Below, one piece after another: positions 13,072 through 24,586 of a stretch of 64,000 bases of DNA. Below the pieces are notes generated by a model. That model was not told where the DNA came from, made no database searches, and saw nothing but the letters and a program-made list of their open reading frames with translations. This stretch comes from Azolla caroliniana (lineage: Eukaryota > Plantae > Polypodiophyta). Positions within the stretch are counted from its first letter, which is position 1; each line of letters opens with the position of its first letter. The translations under genes and the position numbers were made by a program. Location of the stretch: positions 2,232,001 through 2,296,000 of the forward strand of contig JBHGNT010000014.1 of assembly GCA_043228905.1 (NCBI GenBank), in the 5' to 3' direction.

Positions 13072-16000
13072 ATGTCTCGCAAATCGGGGAGTAGCAACAG
13101 GTGTGTTTATATTACTTTTTTTGTGTTTAATCCTGTCTTTAGTGATTAGGGTTTGTGATTGAAATTTCTGATTAGGGTTTGTGATTGAAATTTCTGATTA
13201 GGGTTTTTGATTATAAATTTCTGATTAGAATTTCTGAATAGGGTTTCTGGTTACAAATTTTGATTACAAATTAGAATTTCTGAATAGGGTTTTTGTTTAT
13301 AAATTTCTGCTTAGGATTTCTGATTAGGGTTTGTGATTGAAATTTTTTATTAGGGTTTCTGATTGAAATTTCTGATTAGGGTTTTTGATTATAAATTTCT
13401 TATTAGAATTTCTGAATAAGGTTTCTGGTTACAAACTTCTGATTACAGATTTTGATTAGGGTTTCTGATTTCAAACTTCTGATTACAGATTTTGATTAGG
13501 TTAAGTTAAAGATTTTGCACCATTTTTGTTGTTGTTGATTGGGGTTTTTGATTCTCACATATTCTGATTTTGCACTATTTCTGATTTCTGAAATGATATT
13601 TCAGATGGCTCGTTCCTCCGTATACGAGAGTGCTAAACTTCGCAAAATTTTGCGAGACAAAGGAGGACTTCCACAACACCTATGGTCTGTCACTCGAGGG
13701 TGTTGACCCTGCTGTCCCAAGTGATAAATTGATCAGTGATATAGACTGGATGACAGTATATACAGTGCCTAGAGTCAAAGGCAAGGTCAAGCTGAAGCAT
13801 GTACGAGCCGACTTGTACGATGACTGCATGAGACTGCACCAGAAAGTTCATCAGGAGATCCCAGTCAACAATGAGTTGTCAGTTTCATTTGCTAGAGCAT
13901 TTGCATATGAGTACTGCAAAACAGCGAAGGAATCTAGAGACCCTGAAATGTATAGGGTAGCTTGGGCAGTCTATGGTGAGGCATCGGTAAAAAGATGCCG
14001 AAAGATGGGGACCTTGGCACAAAAAATAGACAGATTTGGGAGCATGGCAGCTGTTGATGCAACTGCCGACTCCCAGCAAGACCGGGGGCATACACCACAC
14101 CGACACCCAAGGAAAGCCAATGTCGATGATACAGGTGAGACATTGGTTAGCTATATGCTAAAAAATGTCCATGAAGCCTGTGAGACATTGGCATTTTTTA
14201 AGACTGATTTAGAGAAAGCCACAATGGCTTCTGCAATGGAGAGCAAAGTTACTTCTGCTGTTACAACAATTAGAAATAAGATTCAGGTAACTATTGTTTT
14301 GCTGGTATGTGATTGTGTTATAAATAACGGGTAAAATGTGCTAATCAAGCATTATCTGGAATAGGTTGCGCAACAGGAGCTTGAATTAGAGGGGCCACTG
14401 GATCCCCAGCGTAAAATAGAACTGCAAATAGAGATCCAGGTTCTTTCAATGAACCTGGACCTTCTAGGTGTAAATACTGTTGCAGATTACAATTTGGATA
14501 AGCTTCAAGTAAGTTAACGATTCCTGAGCAAAGTTGGTGTATCTTTCAACAACAAGAATAATTAATCGGTAAATTTCTCTGTTGCGTTGAAGGAACAATA
14601 CATTCATCAAGAACAGGTAGTTAGCTGCCTTAAGAAGAAGCTACATTTTGTGGAGGGAATGGTAAGGACCAGACAGGATTTGGACCTGAACATTCTTGCT
14701 CCCTTACCAAATGAAGTAGAACCAGAAAATGATTTATTGACAGTTCAAGCACGTTGCATCGCTTGCGGGTTAGGTGTGGAGGACAAAACTGCGTCTTTGT
14801 TGGTTCACCTACAACCATGCAACCACACATACCATCTGCTTTGTTTTCAACATGCCTATCGAATTGCTGCATTCTGTTTGGGAGATTGCAGTACAACTCT
14901 ACCAAATGAGTGGAGAAAACAAACAGGTATACCATACTGTAGCTAATAAGCTTAGTCTTTTCTAATTAGCTATCCTACTAGCTAATTAGCTACTGGCAGC
15001 TAATGAGCTACTAGCTAATTAGCTATCCTAGTAGCTAATTAGCTATGGTACTAGCTAATTAGCTAGTACCATAGTTGTGTAAAAAAGCTAAATAGCTATC
15101 CTACTAGCTAATTAGCCACTGGCAACTAATTAGCTATCCTAGTAACTAATTAGCTACTGCCATAGTTGTGTAAAGTAGCTAATAAGCTATCCTAGTAGCT
15201 AGTTAGCTATGGTACTAGCTAATTAGCTAGTACCATAGTTGTGTAAAAAAGCTAATTAGCTATCCTACTAGCTAATTAGCTACTGGCAACTAATTAGCTA
15301 TCCTACTAGCTAATTAGCTATCCTACTAGCTAATTAGCTATCATAGTAGCTAATTAGCTACTGACATAGTTGTGTAAAGTAGCTAATAAGCTATCCTAGT
15401 AGCTAGTTAGCTATCCTACTAGCTAATTGGCTACTGGCAACTAATTAGCTATCCTACTAGCTAATTAGCTATCCTACTAGCTAATTAGCTATCATAGTAG
15501 CTAATTAGCTACTGACATAGTTGTGTAAAGTAGCTAATAAGCTATCCTAGTAGCTAATTAGCTACTGGCAGCTAATTAGCTATCCTAGTAGCTAATTAGC
15601 TACTGGCAGCTAATTAGCTGTCCTAGTAGCTAATAAGCTATCCTAGCTACTACATAGTTGAGAAAGTAGCTAATTAGCTTTCATTGTAGCTAATTAGCTA
15701 TCCTAGCTACCACCATAGTTAATAAAGTAGCTAATTAGCTATCCTAGCTACTACCATAGTTAGTAAAGTAGCTAATTAGCTATCCTAGCTACTACCATAG
15801 TTGAGTAAAGTAGCTAATTAGCTACCATAGTAGCTAATTAGCTATCCTAGCTACTACTATAGTTGTGTAAAGTAGCTAATAAGCTATCCTACTAGCTAAT
15901 TAGCTATCCTAGTAGGTAATTAGCTATGGTACTAGCTAATTAGCTAGTACTATAGTTGTGTAAAAAAGCTAATTAGGTATCCTACTAGCTAATTAGCCAC

Positions 16001-17381
16001 TGGCAACTAATTAGCTATCCTAGTAACTAATTAGCTACTGCCATAGTTGTGTAAAGTAGCTAATAAGCTATCCTAGTAGCTAATAAGCTATCCTAGTAGC
16101 TAATTAGCTACTAGCAGCTAATTAGCTATCCTAGTAGCTAATTAGCTATCCTACTAGCTAATTAGCTACTACCATAGTTGAGTAAAGTAGCTAATTAGCT
16201 ATCCTACTAGCTAATTAGCTACTACCATAGTTGAGTAAAGTAGCTAATTAGCTATCCTACTAGCTAATTAGCTACTGCCATAGTTGAGTAAAGTACCTAA
16301 TTAGCTATCCTACTAACTAATTAGCTACTGGCAACTAATTAGCTATCCTAGTAGCTAATTAGCTATCCTAGTAGCTAATTAGCTATCCTAGTAGCTAATT
16401 AGCTGCTGGCAACTAATTTGCTATCCTACTAGCGAATTAGCTATCCTAGCGAATTAGCTATCCTAGTAGCTACTGCCATAGTTGTGTAAAGTAGCTAATA
16501 AGCTATCCTAGTAGCTAATTAGCTACTGGCAACTAATTAGCTATCCTAGTAGCTAATTAGCTATCCTAGTAGCTAATTAGCTGCTGGCAACTAATTAGCT
16601 ATCCTACTAGCGAATTAGCTATCCTAGCGAATTAGCTATCCTAGTAGCTACTGCCATAGTTGTGTAAAGTAGCTAATAAGCTATCCTAGTAGCTAATTAG
16701 CTACTGGCAGCTAATTAGCTATCCTAGTAGCTAATTAGCTACTGGCAGCTAATTAGCTGTCCTAGTAGCTAATAAGCTATCCTAACTACCATAGTTTAGT
16801 AAAGTAGCTAATTAGCTATCCTAAATAACTGTCATGTTATTGTAGAATCTTGTGGATTAAGGACGGCACATGATGTGTCTGGTGCTGATGATGCTGCAAC
16901 AGATGAGGATACTACTGCCAATGTGGCTGAAAGTAAGAGTCCTGCTATCACATCTCCTTCAGATCAGCTGCACCCTATTCTTTTGGAACAATGTACTGAA
17001 TTAGGCAACGATGTGAAATGCCATGAAATAGTGGAAACAACATGTAAAACTGAGGTTCACAACAACAGTGTTTATGAACACTTGATGCAACATTTCTTCG
17101 AGTCTCAAGACCTTGATTCCACCCCACCGAGCCCAACTACTGAAAATGTCCAAACAGATCCCTCTGTACTTGAAAAGCTAGTTCAAGAAACGGTTGATGT
17201 GCAATTAGCTGCTGAGGCGATGGGAAGGTTGTCGGAGGAGGACACACTTGCGCATTGGGTCCTAGAAGGAAGGCTAAATGGGGAACCAACCAGAAAAAGG
17301 CTGAAGAAGGGGCCACGATCGGGAACAAGACCAGTTACTCGGTCAAGGGGCCCAGACGTAGTGGAGCGAAATACTGTTTAG
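13072..17381 (+). CDS. Transposon accessory gene, predicted isoform A (574 aa): unknown N-terminal domain, coiled coil, RING-H2-like finger, acidic tail with basic NLS-like end
   Basis: Phase-compatible GT-AG exons 13072-13100, 13605-14286, 14365-14508, 14593-14926 and 16846-17381 sum to 1725 nt with no internal stop. RING pattern C-x2-C-x17-C-x-H-x2-H-x2-C-x10-C-x3-C (CIACG...PCNHTYHLLC...FCLGDC). Confidence 0.75.
13141..13500 (+). repeat. ~26-bp degenerate tandem repeat with TAGGGTTT (telo-box-like) in the first coding intron of the accessory gene
   Basis: GATTAGGGTTT(G/T/C)TGATTGAAATTTCT-like units repeated; TAGGGTTT is the plant telomere/telo-box motif. Confidence 0.8.
14940..16822. repeat. 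Intronic satellite of palindromic TAGCTAATTAGCTA units (~20-bp period with longer spacers)
   Basis: Dozens of TAGCTAATTAGCTA cores separated by TCCTAC/TCCTAG/CTGGCA/CATAGTTGTGTAAAG. Lies within the predicted intron 14927-16845. Confidence 0.95.
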
Positions 17382-17630
17382 TTGGATATGATTGTTAGCT
17401 TAGGGATTTTGCTAGGGTTTTATGAAGTTTTACTATCCTGTTGGACAAGTAAAACCTCAGATTGGTTGTTGCTTGATCCACATTATGTAATGGAACTCTA
17501 TGATGTTTTTCCAAGATAATTTGAAGAGTGTTGTTCTATGACTGAAACTCTTTGATGTTCAGGATATTGTTTTGTGAGACTAGTAGTTACTTTGTGAGTG
17601 TGAATATGTTGGTGTTTTCTGATGTTGCAG

Positions 17631-18724
17631 AGTCTAAAGGGTTTGATTCTATTGCTCGTAAGGCCAATGGCAGTGTGGATACTGTTGATGTTGCGGCATG
17701 TTTAAAGGGCCCCATCTTGAAAGTAGATGTAGCAACTGACACAAGTGATCTGGTCACACAAGTTGATCAAGCATGTAGCACGGATGACTTGGTGTTGCAG
17801 GTAGATGCAGCATGTAGCACGGATGACTTGGTGTTGCAGGTAGATGCAGCATGTAGCACGGATGACTTGGTGTTGCAGGTAGATGCAGCATGTAGCACGG
17901 ATGACTTGGTGTTGCAGGTAGATGCAGCATGTGATACCAGTGGATTGATATCGAGCAGAACAGTAGCTACATGCACTGAGGTAATCCAAGGATTGATAAC
18001 TAAGTCGACAAAACAAGAGCACCAGAATGTGAAGCTAGGCCCAACACAGTCGACTAGGGGTTTAAAGAGGAAAAGGACACCAGTTGTGTCAGCCGAACCT
18101 GAGCTGATTGAGATTGATCGTATCCTACCAGAAAATGGTGTAACAGCGGCTCAGTTTCAGGAATGGAAACCTAAACCACTAGAAGTCGAGCGAAGAGCCT
18201 TGATCTTGGAGCTGGATAAAGTCTTGATGAGTGTGAGATATATGCAGCCAAGGAGGGACGCAAATCAGTTTCTAGAGTGGGCTGCGGAGTACTTCGATTT
18301 GTTTATTTGGAGTGAAAAACCAAAATCAGATGTGTGGAAGTGTTTGGCAAGATTCTTCCCAAAATGGCGAAGTCGTTTTAAAGGTCAATGGGCACGAGAA
18401 AATTGTGAGCAGATGGAAGCTGCAAGATTCAAGAGGCTTTCTGATTTTTGGGCTACTTGGCCTGAATATAATGCTGACAATACATTGATTTTGGATACAG
18501 AACATTTCCGACACTACTTCAATATTCGGAGATGCTGTCTCATTCTACCCGAGGAAATGCCTGAACAGTACCTGGTGCAAACAGTGAGCTGCCAACTAGG
18601 TGCATGGTTGTGGACTCCATACCGAGCTCAATATGCGGATAATATATGTAGACTCGTTCCACTGACTAGCAAGAGCTTAGCTGTTTATAGGAGATTTGTA
18701 GACATTTCCAATGGTAATTTATAA
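17631..18724 (+). CDS. Terminal exon encoding 13-aa repeats plus an FCP1/NIF-type HAD-like domain with degenerate catalytic motif (probable isoform B of the accessory gene, ~789 aa)
   Basis: RALILELDKVL (motif I, DxD changed to ExD), RRDANQFLEWAAEYFDLFIWS (motif II), FKRLSDFW and YNADNTLILDT. TTGCAG acceptor at 17625-17630 is phase-compatible with the A|GTAAG donor at 16933. Confidence 0.65.
17765..17935 (+). repeat. 39-bp coding tandem repeat (DAACSTDDLVLQV x ~4.5)
   Basis: GATGCAGCATGTAGCACGGATGACTTGGTGTTGCAGGTA repeated near-identically. Confidence 0.95.
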
Positions 18725-19071
18725 ATATGTAAAGAGATGACATTATTCAATGAAGAATTTAATTACTTGTTCCCACTGTACTTATCTACTGTGTAATTTG
18801 AGGAATATGTTACAGATTGTTGATTTCATTCTATTGATGACTATTTAGCTATTGACAGCTAATTAGCTGCATTTGTACAGCTAATTAGCTACTGATGACT
18901 ATTTCGCTATAACTTATAACTTAAAACTTAACAAAAAAGACATGATTTTATTGAGAAAGAAGCACAGAAAGCAGACTGTATACAAGAAATTGATTCCAAA
19001 TGAATTTATTGATCTGTTTTCGCGAAATACATGTTTGTTTTACAAGAGAACATGGTAAGTGCTACTTGTAG

Positions 19072-22000
19072 CTACAAATTCCATGGCATACTATTGTAAA
19101 TACATTCATACACATTAGCACCAACAGTGTATAAACCGGAGCAGCTATTGTATTCTGACATTGGGACGTTGATGCATCTGACCAAATGAGAGTACATATA
19201 CGCCGCTGGTTTGTCTTCTAACAGCCTGTACACATATTCGTAGTCATCTAGTTTTGCATAAAAAATGCCTTCGATGTAGAATGTCCCGGCAGATACAAAA
19301 TTTCCCCATGCATCTACAATATTTTGCCTTGCACACTGTTTACTAACCGTGCACTTTAATATATAGAAATCAGCACCCTCTGAATTGCCTTCTTCAGCAT
19401 TTACAGCGAAGTTATCCCCAACGTTCAGGACATCACTCAAAGTATCTCCAAGTCCCTCATATGTGAAGTCAGCATTCTGCCCTGTTTCTCCATCAACTGC
19501 TTCCTTATCATTCAGAGTGTGATACTCCCAATTCTGAATGTATGCTTTGTTTAGACAATATCTCCAATTTCCCTGCACACAATGGAAGCAAAAACAAGTC
19601 AATTCTCTAACCGCAATACAATGACCATCCAACCTGGAATAACCGCGAACAGCATGCAGAGATCGCAATTCGGGAATTCCTTGGCACTCCCAGGTCTTCT
19701 CCCTATTTACTTCATCTATCTTCACTTCCCAAAATTCACGTTTGATATCTCGAACTTGCGAGGAATAAACACCTGTGGCACTCGTCGACATATTTGTTCT
19801 TAAAAATTCAACTACATGTGATGCACAATTCATGTGCACACCATCTGTCTTTAGTTGTTCATGGGTAAGTGCCCGCTTTATAACAGCCCCTGCACCATCA
19901 TGTTCACCTTTACCATGGCCAGACCCAAAAAAATTCCATCTCATCTCCAAACCTGTTATAGCAGGATACCTCCCCACAAAATAAAATGGATGTCGAGCCT
20001 TGAATTGTGACGCAGCTCCGTCAGACCAGACCCAATGTTGAGTAAGCTCCAAACGTTGAGCTAATAACCACTGCCAATGTAACTTAAAACAGTGTTGGAC
20101 GAACAAGGTATCATGCTTCTTATCATCGGAAATAAAGAAATGAATTACTTTTTTAACATCACCTGAAACTCGAAAATATGTTATGTGCACAAAAATGGTT
20201 ACCTGAACTGAACACCAATGCATAGATTGAATTTCATTCTGCTGCTTGAAAGTATAATTCTCTGCGAAATCTACTACTGAGACTACTACATCATTTGGGA
20301 AATCAGATATGCAAGTCTTAAACTGATGGGCCTGCCATGAATAAATGAAGTTGTGTTTAATGAACTTTCCTAGAGATACTACAAACAGAGACACCAAATC
20401 CCTTGGTTTAAGCATCTTCCGAACTAGATCCTTTCTTTTACACACCTTTCCTTCGAAATTGGTGTTCACTGACTCAAATAACTTCACAGAGATCAATATT
20501 TCACTACTCAATTCATTTGGACACCACCTAAATCTAGTAGGGCCACAATCTTGACATAAACCCATGACACATTTATGAATATGGAAGATAGCGTCAGATT
20601 CTCTCGGACACAATATTGAATCTAATAAATAACTCATGGAAGAGATAACGTGCTCAGATGATTTACACTCCTCTTGCGGGCTTGATCGACAGATTTGGCA
20701 CCCACATGTGCAAACTGTATTAGTTAGGGATGCGCTATGGTGACGTAGTAGATTAACAGAGTCCTTCAGAAAACCCATCTGTACATGGTAAATGCAACAA
20801 CATGTGTATCGATCCTTTAAGCGTCTCACAAAGTGTGGCTTAAGAGACTCGAATGTTCGTAGTTGAACTTTGATAGTTGGATGCATTCGTTTGAACCTAA
20901 TAAATAAATCGACCTGCGTAATAAAGGGGAATTAGTTATTCTCGTAACTAGCTAACTATCCTAGTAGCTAATTAGCTATTCTAGTAGCTAGTTAGCTATT
21001 CTAGTAGCTAGTTAGCTATTCTAGTAGCTAATTAGCTATCATGGTAGCTAATTAGTTGTCCTAGTAGCTAATTAGCTATCATGGTAGTTAATTAGCTGTC
21101 GTAGTAGCTAATTAGCTATCATGGTAGCTAATTAGCTATTCTAGTAGCTAATTAGCTATCATGGTAGCTAATTAGCTGTCGTAGTAGCTAATTAGCTATC
21201 ATGGTAGCTAATTAGCTGTCCTAGTAGCTAATTGGTTGTCCTAGTAGCTAATTAGCTATCATGGTAGCTAATTAGCTATTCTAGTAGCTAATTAGCTATT
21301 CTAGTAGCTAATTAGCTATCATGGTAGCTAATTAGCTGTCGTAGTAGCTAATTAGCTATCATGGTAGCTAATTAGCTATTCTAGTAGCTAATTAGCTATT
21401 CTAGTAGCTAATTAGCTATCATGGTAGCTAATTAGCTGTCGTATTGCTAATTAGCTATCATGGTAGCTAATTAGCTGTCGTAGTAGCTAATTAGCTATCA
21501 TGGTAGCTAATTAGCTATTCTAGTAGCTAATTAGCTATTCTAGTAGCTAATTAGCTATCATGGTAGCTAATTAGCTGTCGTAGTAGCTAATTAGCTATCA
21601 TGGTAGCTAATTAGCTTTCCTAGTAGCTAATTAGTTGTCCTAGTAGCTAATTAGCTATCATGGTGGCTAATTAGCTTGTCTACTAGCTAATTAGCTATCA
21701 TGGTGGCTAATTAGCTTTCCTAGTAACTAATTAGCTATCATGGTAGCTAATTAGCTGGTCTAGTAGCTAATTAGCTATCGTGGTAGCTAATTAGCTGGTC
21801 TAGTAGCTAATTAGCTATAATGGTGGCTGATTAGCTTTCCTAGTAACTAATTAGCTATCATGGTAGCTAATTAGCTGGTATAGTAGCTAATTAGCTATCA
21901 TGGTAGCTAATTAGCTATCACGGTGGCTAATTAGCTGTCCTAGTAACTAATTAGCTATCATGGTAGCTAATTAGCTGGTCTAGTAGCTAATTAGCTATAA

Positions 22001-23077
22001 TGGTGGCTAATTAGCTATCCTAACTAATTAGCTATCATGGTAGTAGCTATTGAGAGTAGCCAGTTACCTATGTAGTAGCTATCATAGTAGCTAATTAGCT
22101 ATCATGGTAGCTAATTAGCTTTCCTAGTAGCTAATTAGCTGGTAATAACGAAATAGCTAACTAGCTACCATGATAGCTAACTAGCTAGCAGTACAGCTAA
22201 TTATCTGGTAGTACCTAAATTAGCTATTGAGGTAAATGTAACTGATAAGCTAATTAGCTTTTCTGCTAACTGAGCTAATTAACTTTCCGAGTAGAGTCAA
22301 AACAAATGTTGAGATAAATGTAAATACCTGAGGTACATCAAGAAGATGAATGGGATGCTCCTCGTATTGATTTCTTCCAACACGTTTCCTGCATAAATCC
22401 TTTTTATTGGGTGAAACCCTACTCTCATTAGTCCAAAACATTGTGATTACATCCTTGATTTCAAATGTTATGGGTGTCATTGGCTTACATCTTGTAGTTA
22501 GCTTTAGTAGACTAGTTCCTTCACCCGAGGAAATTATACGGTTCATTGTATTGTACACTGTTTTTCTACTAACACCAATTACCTTAGATAGCTCACTGAT
22601 GTTTATATCGTCAACATCACTATTAAGTAACATCATTAGACTAGACCTTTTTAAGACAAGATCATCTTCTGACCTGCTCATGGATACGAAACTATTACGA
22701 AGATTATTTACTAAAATAGATGATATGTTTGCATTAAGACCATCACAATCAACTAAGTCCTTTATCGATGGATCATTACATATTCCATAAAGTACTACCT
22801 TCTTTTCTTCATTGCTGATGTGCTTGGTTTGAACATTGAAATAGTCTACAACCTTTCTCTCTATGATGGTAGTCGCATTACTTACATTCTCAGCTAAACT
22901 ATCCTTACCTTTACTGAGTGTGGCTTTCGTATCCTTCAACAATTGACGATGTTTCCTTTTTTTTTCTGCCCAATAGTTTCGTATGGCTTGTTGTGTCCTG
23001 ATAACATCATCCCTATCCTTATGATCATTGAGGGGTAATTCTAAACACCCTTCTTCCCCTTCCATTTGGCTAGACAT
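19072..23077 (-). CDS. Sola2-type DDD transposase, two exons (23077-22328, 20913-19072), ~863 aa
   Basis: Motifs VVDFAENY...QNEIQSMHW...QVTIF, SDDKKHD, WSDGAASQFK and FFGSGHGKGEHDGAGAVIKR; Cys/His cluster CCCIYH. Phase-0 CAG|GTATTT donor and TACGCAG|GTC acceptor give LLDVPQ|VDLFIRFKRMHPTIK. Confidence 0.88.
20948..22260. repeat. Second intronic satellite of TAGCTAATTAGCTA (20-bp period) within the transposase intron
   Basis: GTAGCTAATTAGCT(ATCATG/ATTCTA/GTCGTA/GTCCTA) repeated dozens of times inside intron 20914-22327. Confidence 0.95.
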
Positions 23078-23414
23078 GTTAAAACCCTAAATTTCCAGAA
23101 AAAAAAAACAAGTATTAAAGATGGCTATGGGCAACAACAATACACAAAAATATTCCACACAATACACAAGATTAGACACAACAATACACAAGATAATCAA
23201 TAGACAGAAAAGTTATTGCAATCCAAGACCGAACAGTAGAGGATTTCACTCTGTTGGATCCAACAGTTGAGGAGGCGATCCAAGACCGACCAATGGCAAC
23301 AACTGAGTGTAGAATGTTGTCGTTGGATGAGTGAACTCCGTCAAATCGAAATGTGGAAGCAATCCGGGACTGGACAGTAGTGGCAACTGAGTATAGAATG
23401 ATGGCAATGGAGGA

Positions 23415-24228
23415 GAGAACCCCGTCAGATTGAACAGTTACCGATGATGCTTGAAACGCACATAGAAGGCACTTGAGAATAGAGTGGCATAGAGAAGAGA
23501 ACCCCGTCAGATTGAACAGTTACCAATGATGCTTGAAACGCACAGTAGCGGCCCCTGAGTGAGAGTGGAAAAGAGAAGAGAACCCCCTCAGATTGAACAG
23601 TTACCAATGATGCTTGAAACGCACAGTAGCGGCCCCTGAGTGAGAGTGGAAAAGAGAAGAGAACCCCGTCAGATTGAACAGTTACCAATGATGCTTGAAA
23701 CGCACAGTAGCGGCCCCTGAGTGAGAGTGGAAAAGAGAAGAGAACCCCGTCAGATTGAATAGCTCTTTGATTATGCTTGGAACGCACAGTAGCAACCCCT
23801 GAGTGTAGAGTGGCAAAGAGAAGAGAACCCCGTCAGATTGAACAGCTCTTTGATGATGCTTGGAACGCACAGCAGCGGCCCCTGAGTGTAGAGTGGCACA
23901 GAGAAGAGAACCCCCTCAGATTGAACAGCTCTTTGATGATGCTTGGAACGCACAGTAATGGCCCCTGAGTGTAGAGTGGCACAGAGAAGAGAACCCCCTC
24001 AGATTGAACAGCTCTTTGATGATGCTTGGAACGCACAGTAGCAGCCCCTCAGTGTAGAGTGGCACAGAGAAGAGAACCCCGTCAGATTGAACAGCTCTTT
24101 GATGATGCTTGGAATGCACAGTAGTGGCCCCTGAGTGTAGAGTGTCACAGAGAAGAGAACCCCGTCAGATTGAGCAGCTCTTTGATGATGCTTGGAACGC
24201 ACAGTAGCAGCCCCTCAGTGTAGAGTGG
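23415..24228. repeat. 81-83-bp tandem array (10 copies) between transposase start and right TIR
   Basis: CAGATTGA at ~23426, 23508, 23589, 23670, 23751, 23834, 23917, 24000, 24083 and 24166. Two subtypes (GTTACCAATG vs GCTCTTTGATG). Confidence 0.93.
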
Positions 24229-24586
24229 CGGCAGGTGGACTCGATAGGGTTTAGCAACAGTGGTAGCAACTAACCCACAGTACTCAACTAGAGATGGCCT
24301 ACGTGATGTGGCAAAGGATCATGCATAATGGACCTAGGAATTCGATATATAATTTATGGTACACATTTATGGTGCACACATCAATTTATGTTGCACATTT
24401 ATGGCACTCATTTACATATGTAATTAAAACACTCTAGTATTTTCAATGGTAGTTTTTTGCATACTTAATTTATTAATGATGGCTTTTTACTAAAATGACT
24501 ATTTATCAATGGTAGCTTTTTGCATAGCTAATTAGCTATGTCAAGGACATAGCTAATTGTTTCCACTCGCATGCTTTCACCCAATA

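Larger units (their letters stand above)
12593..24582 (-). mobile_element. 11,990-bp Sola2-type DNA transposon with accessory gene; 25-bp TIRs; 4-bp TSD AATA
   Basis: Left TIR GGGTAAAAGCATGCGAGTGGAAACA (12593-12617). Right TIR TGTTTCCACTCGCATGCTTTCACCC (24558-24582), 1 mismatch. AATA at 12589-12592 and 24583-24586. Excision restores the gag frame (RNKNKNN|KKRNFKK). 5'-GRG ends, a 4-bp TSD and the transposase motifs match Sola2. Confidence 0.9.

Noticed and set aside
14940-22260. Palindromic repeats with short spacers resembling a CRISPR array
   Set aside because: Spacers are ~6 bp and drawn from a few recurring variants rather than unique; no cas genes; eukaryotic intronic context.
23415-24228. 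83-bp array as tRNA/SINE cluster or CRISPR; short ORFs within it
   Set aside because: No convincing A/B-box pair or cloverleaf; units are contiguous without unique spacers; the ORFs are by-products of the repeat.
12593-24582. Classification as CACTA, hAT, Mutator, piggyBac or Helitron
   Set aside because: GGG termini, a 4-bp non-TTAA TSD and the transposase motifs do not fit those superfamilies.
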